42,163 bases of DNA from Candidatus Levyibacteriota bacterium (GTDB lineage: Bacteria > Patescibacteriota > Microgenomatia > Levybacterales > UBA12049), in the NCBI GenBank assembly GCA_016192645.1, contig JACPTT010000018.1:1-42163 (forward strand), in the 5' to 3' direction. Each line of letters opens with the position of its first letter. Positions within the stretch are counted from its first letter, which is position 1. The translations under genes and the position numbers were made by a program. A model generated the notes under the pieces. It did no database searches. It was not told where the DNA came from and saw only the letters and a program-made list of their open reading frames with translations. Of the stretch, positions 1-7,964 are shown one piece after another.

Positions 1-1002
1 CTGGCGGTTGTAAAAGAAAAGCCCGAGCCCGGAGTTGTTATTAAAAAGATACCAATCCCCAAACCCAAGCAAGAGGAAGTTTTAGTCAAGGTTGTATACG
101 CCTCAATTTGCGGAACCGATATTGGGATTTATGATTGGATTTCATGGGCGGCAGCCCACATAAAACCACCTCAAGTTATTGGTCATGAGATGGTTGGAGA
201 GGTTCTTGAGGTAAATACAAAATCAAAAACCAATATTAAAATTGGAGACCTTGTTTCTTCCGAAACCCACATTTTTTGTCTTAACTGCTACCAGTGCGAA
301 ATAAAAAACTACCATATTTGTGAAAACATGAAGCTATTTGGAATTGGTAGAGACGGTTCATTTGCGCAGTATGCGACAATACCTTTGCGAACTACTTGGA
401 AGAACAATCCAAAAATTCCGGTTGAGTCAATGAGCGTTCAGGAACCATTGGGGAATGCAGTAAACGTGGTAACAAAAGCAAATGTCAAAGGAAAAAAAGT
501 TTTAGTAATGGGACTTGGTCCAACAGGTCTTTGTGCAGGGATGGCAGCAAAGGCGTATGGGGCTAAAGAAATAGTGGGAGTAAACAGAAGAGAATACAGA
601 CGAAAACTAGCCAAAAAAGTTGGGTTTGATCGAGTAACAGACAAGCTTAGTCCAAAAGAATACGGCACCTTCGATGCGGTTTTAGAGATGAGCGGAAATC
701 GGCTGGGAATTGAGATTGCACTTGACGCGGCAAGGATTGCGGGAAAAATTATTGCCTTTGGAATACCTAAAGAAAATATTAGTATTGATTGGGGAAAATA
801 TCTTATCAACAAGGAGCTGTCGATAGAGTCTGTTTTCGGACGCATGATTTGGGATACATGGAAGGATACAACAAAACTTTTAGTCTCAGGGAAGGTAGAT
901 TTAAGAAAAATTATTACTCACCGCTTTAAACTTTCGGAATTTGAAGAAGCAATGAAGGTTATGAAAAGTGGAGAGTGCGGAAAAATACTCCTTATTCCGT
1001 AA
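1..1002 (+). CDS. tdh: L-threonine 3-dehydrogenase (Zn-dependent MDR family), 5'-partial
   Basis: Frame is open from base 1 (LAVVKEKPEPG...ICGTD...GHEMVGEV). Structural Zn motif CLNCYQC...C, Rossmann GLGPTG; directly upstream of kbl. Confidence 0.9.
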   Translation: MAVVKEKPEPGVVIKKIPIPKPKQEEVLVKVVYASICGTDIGIYDWISWAAAHIKPPQVIGHEMVGEVLEVNTKSKTNIKIGDLVSSETHIFCLNCYQCEIKNYHICENMKLFGIGRDGSFAQYATIPLRTTWKNNPKIPVESMSVQEPLGNAVNVVTKANVKGKKVLVMGLGPTGLCAGMAAKAYGAKEIVGVNRREYRRKLAKKVGFDRVTDKLSPKEYGTFDAVLEMSGNRLGIEIALDAARIAGKIIAFGIPKENISIDWGKYLINKELSIESVFGRMIWDTWKDTTKLLVSGKVDLRKIITHRFKLSEFEEAMKVMKSGECGKILLIP

Positions 1003-1009
1003 ATAGAGC

Positions 1010-2212
1010 ATGAATCAGATTAGCGCTTTTTACCAGAAGATAGACGAAGCAATCAAGCCGGGAAAACGGCCTTTAGTTGTTGAATCTGCGCAAGGTGCAT
1101 ATCTTACAATTGAGAGTAAAAAGAAACTTAATTTTTGCTCAAACAATTATTTGGGATTTGCCTCCAACCCTCGGCTTAAAAAAGCTGCGACAGATGCTAT
1201 TAAAAAATATGGGGTAGGACCTGGTGCAGTACGGGCACTTTCCGGAACCAATACGCTTCATATAGCGCTTGAGGAAAACCTTGCAAAATTCAAAAAAGCA
1301 GAAGCAGCCTTAGTAGTTCAGGGAGGGTACATTGCGAATCTTGCGGCAATTCAAACTCTTCTAGGAAAAGAAGATATTGTTATTTCGGATGAGCTGAACC
1401 ATGCCTCAATTATCGATGCAATTCGCCTAGCACAAATTAAAAATAAGTATATTTACAAACATCGTGACATGGGCGATCTTGAAAAAGTTCTAAACGAGAT
1501 AAAAGAGCTGAGGAAGACGCCAAAGAGTGATAATGAGCTGCCAATTGTTTTAATTGTTACAGATGGAGTTTTTTCAATGGATGGAGATTTGGCACCTTTG
1601 CCGGAAATTGTTGCGCTTGCTAAAAAATATGATGCACTTACTATGGTTGATGATGCTCATGGCGAAGGAGTCTTAGGCGATCATGGGAGGGGAATCGTTG
1701 ATCATTTTAACCTTCATGGAGAAGTTGATATTGATGTGGGGACCCTTTCAAAAGCATTTGGTGTTATGGGCGGTTTTATAAGCGGGAAGCGGGAGCTTAT
1801 TGAATATTACAGGCAAAAAGCAAGACAATTTTTGTTTTCAACGGGACTTACCGTTCCTGATACCGCCGCACTTATTGAAGCTGTTAAAATTCTTGAGGAA
1901 TCAGATAAGCTGGTTAAAAAATTGTGGAATAATGCCAACTACCTTAAGCGAAGATTTAAGGCGCTTTCTTTTGATACCGGAGAAAGTGAAACGCCAATTA
2001 CTCCGGTAATGCTAGGAGACGAGAACGTGGCTATTGAGTTCAGCGCAAAATTATTAGAAAATGGTGTGTTTGCAACTCCAATTAAGTTCCCCATGGTTCC
2101 AAAAGGAAAAGCCAGAATTAGAGTTATGCCTTCTGCTTCTCACTCAAAAAAAGATCTTGATTTTGGTATTTCGGTATTCCACAAGGTCGCAAAGCAGCTG
2201 AAGGTGCTATAA
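1010..2212 (+). CDS. kbl: Glycine C-acetyltransferase (2-amino-3-ketobutyrate CoA ligase), class II PLP aminotransferase fold
   Basis: Motifs [50 protein letters not shown]; tdh-kbl pairing. Confidence 0.9.
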   Translation: MNQISAFYQKIDEAIKPGKRPLVVESAQGAYLTIESKKKLNFCSNNYLGFASNPRLKKAATDAIKKYGVGPGAVRALSGTNTLHIALEENLAKFKKAEAALVVQGGYIANLAAIQTLLGKEDIVISDELNHASIIDAIRLAQIKNKYIYKHRDMGDLEKVLNEIKELRKTPKSDNELPIVLIVTDGVFSMDGDLAPLPEIVALAKKYDALTMVDDAHGEGVLGDHGRGIVDHFNLHGEVDIDVGTLSKAFGVMGGFISGKRELIEYYRQKARQFLFSTGLTVPDTAALIEAVKILEESDKLVKKLWNNANYLKRRFKALSFDTGESETPITPVMLGDENVAIEFSAKLLENGVFATPIKFPMVPKGKARIRVMPSASHSKKDLDFGISVFHKVAKQLKVL

Positions 2213-2221
2213 TATCCTCGC

Positions 2222-3199
2222 ATGGACGTCTATAGAGATTTTCCCCTGTCAAAAATTCTTTATTACAAAATTGGCGGGAAAGCGAGTTTTGTTCTTAAAG
2301 TTCAAAATAAGGAAGACCTTTTAGACGCTCTTGGTTTTATTCAAAAGAACAAGGTTAAAAAGATACTGCCGATTGGACTCGGTTCAAACCTCTTAGTCAG
2401 CGATGAGCCTTTCAAAGGGGCAGTTCTTTGGTTCTCCAGAGAAGAATTAAAAGGCAAAAATTCAACTCTCAAGCTTCATTCGGGAAATATTATCGAGACA
2501 TTTGCAAGTGTTTTACTTGATGATCTGATTCAATTTTCGTTTGCCCATAATTTAATCGGCCTTGAATGGGCAGGAGGGTTGCCAAGTACGGTTGGCGGAG
2601 CAATTCGGGGAAATGCGGGAGCTTTTGGCTCGGAAATAAAAGACAGCGTTTACGAAGTCGAAGTTCTAGATCTATCAAACGAGAACTATTTAATAAAAAC
2701 CTTTAGCAATGACGATCTTCAATTTTCTTATAGAAACAGCCTACTAAAAAAAAATAAAAACTTAATCGCTGTTAGTGGTTTTTTTAAGCTTAAAAAAGCA
2801 AATAAAGAAGATGTTGAGATGGCAAAACAAGTTTATTTTTCTTATATAGAGCATAGGAAGAAATATAATCCGCTGGAATATCCTTCGTGCGGTTCGGTTT
2901 TTCAGAACATAACAGAAAAAGAGAAAACAGAGGCGATTCTTGCCAAATGGCCCGATGTTGAAGATCTGGTCAGTAAAAAATGGCATGGAAAGGTGGCAAT
3001 GGGGTATATAATCAATCGGCTTGGATTTTCGGGAATGAGAATAGGAGGAGCAGAAGTTTCCCAAAAACACGCTAATTATATTCTTAATAAAAACAAAGCA
3101 AGATTTAACGATGTTCTATCAATCATAGATAAAATAAAAGCCAAATTTTCCCAAACCTTCGGTTTTCCTCCGGAATTGGAACTTGAAATTGTTAAATAA
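2222..3199 (+). CDS. murB: UDP-N-acetylenolpyruvoylglucosamine reductase
   Basis: GLGSNLLVSD, GLEWAGGLPSTVGGAIRGNAGAFG, FSYRNS, PSCGSVFQN, VSQKHANYILN. Confidence 0.95.
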   Translation: MDVYRDFPLSKILYYKIGGKASFVLKVQNKEDLLDALGFIQKNKVKKILPIGLGSNLLVSDEPFKGAVLWFSREELKGKNSTLKLHSGNIIETFASVLLDDLIQFSFAHNLIGLEWAGGLPSTVGGAIRGNAGAFGSEIKDSVYEVEVLDLSNENYLIKTFSNDDLQFSYRNSLLKKNKNLIAVSGFFKLKKANKEDVEMAKQVYFSYIEHRKKYNPLEYPSCGSVFQNITEKEKTEAILAKWPDVEDLVSKKWHGKVAMGYIINRLGFSGMRIGGAEVSQKHANYILNKNKARFNDVLSIIDKIKAKFSQTFGFPPELELEIVK

Positions 3200-3228
3200 A
3201 TGTGCTAATTTTAATTAGGTGATATTTC

Positions 3229-3405
3229 ATGAAGATTAAAGATAGGCTTCCTATTGTTTCTCGTAAGAAGAAAATAGACTTAAAGAAATTCGAGGCACTC
3301 GCTAAGAGGGTAAAGAAGTCTTTTGAAGAAGAGAATAAATATAGAGAAGAAAAAATAAGTAGAAATGAAAATAATAACCCCACAGGATTTTCATTCGGCT
3401 ACTAG
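3229..3405 (+). CDS. Small basic protein (58 aa), putative antitoxin of the downstream PIN toxin
   Basis: Read manually: MKIKDRLPIVSRKKKIDLKKFEALAKRVKKSFEEENKYREEKISRNENNNPTGFSFGY*. SD-like AGGTGA at 3217-3222; overlaps the start of the PIN gene. Not in the ORF track. Confidence 0.6.
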   Translation: MKIKDRLPIVSRKKKIDLKKFEALAKRVKKSFEEENKYREEKISRNENNNPTGFSFGY

Positions 3406-3856
3406 CGGCAAACACATACTTCTTGATACAAGCATTTTTATAGATGCTTTTTTACATCCTTCGGAATTTGCTGAGTTTTTCAATAAACTAAAAGATCGTA
3501 ATTGCACACTTGTTACAATTAAGCCTGTTCTAATAGAATTTGTAAAAGGAACAACAACTGATAAAAAACTTGATGAAAAGAAATCTTTTGTAGAATCAAT
3601 TATCGAGAGTTATCTACCTGTGACCGATGATATTTTTGATAATTCTCTTGATCTTATTGAACAGTACAGAATTGAGGGTAAAGATCTTTCTTTAACGGAT
3701 TTTATTTTGGGAGGAGTAGTGTTGAAATACAAAAGAAGTATTTATCTTTTAACAAAAGATATAAGCGATTTTCCCACAAATATTTTTACAATGCTTACAT
3801 ATTTTAACTTGTTTCATAGAAAAGCTATTCAGAACATAGGAGTTTATTCTGCTTGA
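3365..3856 (+). CDS. PIN-domain protein (VapC-like ribonuclease)
   Basis: N-terminal ILLDTSIFID, conserved E in VLIEF, LSLTDFIL and LLTKDISDF acidic PIN motifs. Confidence 0.8.
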   Translation: MKIITPQDFHSATSGKHILLDTSIFIDAFLHPSEFAEFFNKLKDRNCTLVTIKPVLIEFVKGTTTDKKLDEKKSFVESIIESYLPVTDDIFDNSLDLIEQYRIEGKDLSLTDFILGGVVLKYKRSIYLLTKDISDFPTNIFTMLTYFNLFHRKAIQNIGVYSA

Positions 3857-3881
3857 CATTATGAATAATTTATGTTACGAT
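3853..3881 (+). promoter_or_regulatory. Sigma70-type promoter of the leader peptide/aspartokinase unit
   Basis: TTGACA (3853-3858), 17-nt spacer, TACGAT (3876-3881). Confidence 0.75.
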
Positions 3882-3894
3882 TTAAATCGTCAAT

Positions 3895-3978
3895 ATGAAT
3901 ATAAATATTATTAGTGCTGTAAAGACAACCAAGAAAGAAACCTCTGCGAGGGGTTTTTGTCTTGGTTTATTTAGTTAA
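3895..3978 (+). CDS. Putative attenuator leader peptide MNINIISAVKTTKKETSARGFCLGLFS (27 aa)
   Basis: 12 of the first 16 codons encode aspartate-family residues (M, N, I, K, T). The KTTKKET block overlaps the 5' arm of the first hairpin; lies between the promoter and aspartokinase. Confidence 0.7.
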   Translation: MNINIISAVKTTKKETSARGFCLGLFS

Positions 3979-4029
3979 GTAGTAATTTCAGGAATCAAAA
4001 CTAACCCCTCAAACGAGGGGTTTTTTAGT
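3927..4029 (+). promoter_or_regulatory. Transcription attenuator with mutually exclusive hairpins
   Basis: Hairpin 1:2 spans AACCAAGA-AAGAAACCTCT / AGGGGTTTTT-G-TCTTGGTT (3927-3967). GAGGGGTT (3948-3955) is also the exact complement of AACCCCTC (4003-4010), the 5' arm of the terminator. Confidence 0.7.
4003..4026 (+). terminator. Intrinsic terminator in the aspartokinase leader
   Basis: AACCCCTC-AAAC-GAGGGG followed by T6, 18 nt before the aspartokinase ATG. Confidence 0.8.
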
Positions 4030-4044
4030 GGGAAAGAGATTAAT

Positions 4045-5049
4045 ATGGCAATTTCAGAAAGATTTTTACAAAGTGGGCCTATGCCATCTGGTTCAGTAGA
4101 AGGAATTGGCGCAAAAGAAAAAGAGCCAATTAATAATATCTGTGTTATGAAATTTGGCGGCACATCTGTAGGTAGCGCGGAGGCAATTGAAAGAGTTGCT
4201 GGAATTGTTGAAGCGTACAGAAGAAATGGGAATCCGATAGTTGTCGTTGTTTCGGCAATGAGCGGCGTGACAGAGGAGTTAATAAAAGTTTGTGACAATA
4301 TTGCAGTACAAAATAATCAAGGAGCAATAGAGTTAATTAATAATCTTCAAGAGCGGCACTTTAGCACTTGTTTGCAACTTAATATGCCTTCTTTATGGAA
4401 ATTAGATTTGCAAGGAGAGTTAAATTCTTTATTCGATCAACTTCGGGAAGAAGCAAATCGGGACGGCTTAATGTTGGATGGAAGAAGAGATAGTATCCTT
4501 TCCTTTGGAGAAAGATTAAGCGCCAAAATTGTAGCAGCAAGACTAGGATTACTAGCGGAACCCGTAGATGCTTCAATAATTATCGAGACAAATGACAAAT
4601 TTGGGGATGCAGCTCCTAATATGAAAAGAACAAGAAAAAATGTTAGAGAAGCAATTCCTAATCTAATTCGAAGAGGCAGAATACCTGTTATTACGGGATT
4701 TATAGGAGCAACGCCCGATGGAAGAAGAACAACTTTAGGTCGAGGAGGATCTGATTATACAGCATCAATTCTTGGTTGGGCTTTGGGATCAAGAGAGGTT
4801 TTTATCTGGACGGATGTTGATGGGGTTTATTCCGGTGATCCCAGAAAAGATCCGACCGCCGTATTAATCCCGGAAATGTCGTTTGTGGAAGCAGATAAAG
4901 TAGCTAGGAATGGGGGAAAGGTTTTGTGTCCAAAAACACTAGAACCGTTTCTAGGTTTAAATGGCGATGCAAAAACTGTTGTATGGGTAAAAAATACTTT
5001 TAACCCAGATTCACAAGGCACACGAATTTCTCACTCTTCTCAATTATAA
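4045..5049 (+). CDS. lysC: Aspartate kinase, catalytic (AAK) domain only, no ACT domains, ~30-aa N-terminal extension
   Basis: VMKFGGTSVG, VVVVSAMSGVT, GERLSA, TTLGRGGSDYTAS, IWTDVDGVYSGDPR, VKNTFNPDSQGTRI, then a stop where ACT domains normally begin. Confidence 0.88.
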   Translation: MAISERFLQSGPMPSGSVEGIGAKEKEPINNICVMKFGGTSVGSAEAIERVAGIVEAYRRNGNPIVVVVSAMSGVTEELIKVCDNIAVQNNQGAIELINNLQERHFSTCLQLNMPSLWKLDLQGELNSLFDQLREEANRDGLMLDGRRDSILSFGERLSAKIVAARLGLLAEPVDASIIIETNDKFGDAAPNMKRTRKNVREAIPNLIRRGRIPVITGFIGATPDGRRTTLGRGGSDYTASILGWALGSREVFIWTDVDGVYSGDPRKDPTAVLIPEMSFVEADKVARNGGKVLCPKTLEPFLGLNGDAKTVVWVKNTFNPDSQGTRISHSSQL

Positions 5050-5071
5050 TAGTAATGTTTATAATACAATT

Positions 5072-7330
5072 ATGTTTTGGGCGGATAAAGTTGCAGAAGA
5101 ATTAAAAAAGAGAAAATTGCCGCTTGAGTGGGTTGATGACATGAAGACTCCAAGCGGTCGGATTCATGTGGGAGCGCTTCGTGGCGTTGTTATTCATGAT
5201 CTAGTTTATAAATCCCTTAAAGAGATTGGACTAAAAGCAAAATATACCTATGTTTTTGATAATCATGACCCAATGGATGCGCTCCCTGTGTATTTGCCAA
5301 AAGAAAAATTCGAAAAATACTTAGGCATGCCTCTTTATAAAGTTCCTTCTCCTATTTCTGGGTTCAATAACTACGCAGAGTATTACGCCAAAGAGTTTCA
5401 GAGCGTCTTTAATGCTATTGGATCTGATCCAGAGATTATTTGGGCTACAGATTTATATTTAAGTGGGAAAATGAATGATGTTATAAGAGAATGTTTAGAC
5501 AAAGCAGATATTATAAGGAAGATTTATAAAGAGTTATACAAAAAAGAAATGCCAAAAGATTGGTACCCGTTTAATGTTTATTGCCCAAAATGCGGTAAGG
5601 TTTCAACAACAAAAGTTTATGACTGGAATGGAGAAAAGGTTTCGTTTGTTTGTGAAGTAGAGCGAGTCAAATGGACAAAAGGCTGTGGGCTTAGCGGTTC
5701 GGTTTCTCCATTTAGCAATAAAGATGGTATTTCGGGAAAGCTTCCTTGGAAGATTGAATGGGCGGCAAAGTGGAAAGCACTTGGGATTACTGTTGAGGGC
5801 GCTGGGAAAGATCATATGAGCAAAGGCGGCTCGCACGATCTTGCATCACTTGTTTGTAAACGAGTTCTAAATTACATGGTCCCTTACCCAATTGCCTACG
5901 AGTGGTTTTTGGTTGGTGGGCGAAAAATGTCAACTTCAAAAGGAGTTGGTTCTTCAGCAGCAGAGATGATAGAAATATTACCTGCTGAGATTTTGCGATT
6001 TTTGATGGTAAAAACAAAGATCAATCAACAGATTAATTTTGACCTTTCTGGTGATACTATTCCGAAGTTGTTTGATGAGTATCAAGAAGCAGCTTTTTCT
6101 AAAGATTCAGATATGCAAAGAATATTTGAGTTATCTCAGGTCGGCGCAGTAAAGAAGATTTCGGAGGTTAGGTTTTTGACTCTTGCGCAATGGGTGCAGA
6201 TGCCGAATATGGAGGCAAAAATAAAAGCGGAAAAACTAGAGGAGTGGGCAAAGTATGCAAGGATTTGGGTAGAAAAATATGCACCGGAGTCAGAAAGATT
6301 TTTAGTTCAGAAACAAGTGCCAACTCAAGCAAAAAATTTATCACCAGAACAAAAAGAATTCCTTAAAAAAATTTCATCAGAACTTGATAAAGATTGGGAA
6401 GCAGAGAATTTTCAAAAAAATCTTTATGAGTGGGCAAAAGAGCTTGGTTTACCATCAAAAGATGCATTTTCGGCAATTTATCTATCTTTAATTGGCAAAG
6501 ACCACGGTCCCAAAGCCGGTTGGCTCATTTTGTCTTTGGACAAAGAGTTTGTTCAAAAAAGGTTCCAAGACATCTACTCTAATGATACGTATCATCATAG
6601 TGGTAAGGACTTACCTACAGATTCGATTCATTTTATTAATAAACCAGAAATTTTTTTTATTGATGAAGATCTTAAGAAAAAATTTCCGTCGGTTTCAATT
6701 GGCGTTGCAGTTATCAAAGGCGTAAGAATTGAAAAAGCGAATCCAGGCTTAGAGAAAGAGAAAGAGAAATTATTACAATCTTTGAAAGGATTAACAACAG
6801 AGCAATTAGGGCAATATCCGGAAGTTCAAAGTTACCGAAAATTATATAAAGCGATGGGGATTGATTGGCATTCAAGACGTCCTAGTCCAGAAGCGATGCT
6901 TAGGCGAATCGTTCTTAAGAAGAGTTTATACGATGTTAATACCTGTGTTGATGCATATAATCTTGTCGTTATGAAACACCGGGTTTCGGTTGGAGCATTT
7001 GATTACGATAAGATTCGGTTTCCAACCATCCTTCGGATGACAAAAGAGGGAGAAGAAATTCACTTATTGGGCGAAGAACAACAAACGAAATTTAAAGAGG
7101 GAGAAATTGCTTACTTTGACCAAGTGGGCGCATTCAATATGGATTTTAACTATCGAGATGCACAACGAACTGCTGTTCAATTAAACACAAGAAATCTCTA
7201 TATAAATGTTGATGGCGTATATGATATTACGCCAGGAAAGGTAGAGCAGGTGCTTCAAGAAGCATGTAGCATGATCATAAAATATTGCGGTGGAAAGCTT
7301 GAAGTATTTGGAGTTGAAACTGCTTCATAA
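5072..7330 (+). CDS. lysS: Class I lysyl-tRNA synthetase fused to a C-terminal B3/4 (PheRS-beta editing-like) domain
   Basis: MFWAD start, TPSGRIHVGALR (HIGH-like), GAGKDH, KMSTSKG (KMSKS), GPKAG. The last ~225 aa carry RRPSPEAMLRR, VNTCVDAYNLV, SVGAFDYDKI, FNYRDAQRT typical of B3/4 proteins. Confidence 0.92.
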   Translation: MFWADKVAEELKKRKLPLEWVDDMKTPSGRIHVGALRGVVIHDLVYKSLKEIGLKAKYTYVFDNHDPMDALPVYLPKEKFEKYLGMPLYKVPSPISGFNNYAEYYAKEFQSVFNAIGSDPEIIWATDLYLSGKMNDVIRECLDKADIIRKIYKELYKKEMPKDWYPFNVYCPKCGKVSTTKVYDWNGEKVSFVCEVERVKWTKGCGLSGSVSPFSNKDGISGKLPWKIEWAAKWKALGITVEGAGKDHMSKGGSHDLASLVCKRVLNYMVPYPIAYEWFLVGGRKMSTSKGVGSSAAEMIEILPAEILRFLMVKTKINQQINFDLSGDTIPKLFDEYQEAAFSKDSDMQRIFELSQVGAVKKISEVRFLTLAQWVQMPNMEAKIKAEKLEEWAKYARIWVEKYAPESERFLVQKQVPTQAKNLSPEQKEFLKKISSELDKDWEAENFQKNLYEWAKELGLPSKDAFSAIYLSLIGKDHGPKAGWLILSLDKEFVQKRFQDIYSNDTYHHSGKDLPTDSIHFINKPEIFFIDEDLKKKFPSVSIGVAVIKGVRIEKANPGLEKEKEKLLQSLKGLTTEQLGQYPEVQSYRKLYKAMGIDWHSRRPSPEAMLRRIVLKKSLYDVNTCVDAYNLVVMKHRVSVGAFDYDKIRFPTILRMTKEGEEIHLLGEEQQTKFKEGEIAYFDQVGAFNMDFNYRDAQRTAVQLNTRNLYINVDGVYDITPGKVEQVLQEACSMIIKYCGGKLEVFGVETAS

Positions 7331-7336
7331 TGATCA

Positions 7337-7964
7337 ATGAAAAAACTTCTAATTGCGAAGCAACAAGCTTTGCTTATTGCTACAAAAAATGAAGGAAAGC
7401 TTCAAGAATTAAAAAGCTTTTTGTCGGATTTACCTCTTAAGCTTGTTTCCCTTTCGGATGTTGCTATTACTGAAGATTTTGAAGAAACAGGAGAAACATA
7501 TGAAGAAAATTCGCAGAAAAAAGCTTTGTTCTATGCAAGACTTAGCGGCATTCCAGCGATTGCTGATGATGGCGGCATTGAGATAGTCGCTTTAAATGGA
7601 GCGCCTGGGATTAAATCAAGGCGTTGGTTAGGGCATGAGGCAACAGATTACGAGTTAATTTCACATATGAAGAGAGTTTCTCGGGAACTCCCGAATAATA
7701 ATCGTAAGTCTTTTTTTCGAACCGTTATTTCCTTTGCGCTTTCCGATGGCAAAGTTTGGAGCGCTGAAGGTTCGATTGCGGGAATTATTACAGAGAAATC
7801 CTACCCCAAACTTCTAAAAGGCTATCCCTATCGTTCATTTTTTTATCTCCCAACGATTAAAAAATACTATCACGAGGATGAATTATCAGAAAAAGAGCAA
7901 AAGTTGTATAATCATAGATATAAGGCAATACGGAAGTTAAGACCGATCATAAAAAAAAGAATAA
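7337..7964 (+). CDS. rdgB: RdgB/HAM1 family ITP/XTP pyrophosphatase (probably a separate gene ancestrally)
   Basis: LIATKNEGKLQE, EETGETYEENSQKKA, IADDGG, ALNGAPGIKSRR, EKEQKLYNHRYKA. With one A fewer in the A8 run it would end at TAA 7962-7964, overlapping the serS ATG. Confidence 0.75.

Noticed and set aside
3885..4040. Lysine riboswitch or T-box upstream of aspartokinase/lysS
   Set aside because: Too short for a lysine riboswitch and no T-box consensus is visible; the leader-peptide model explains the hairpins better.
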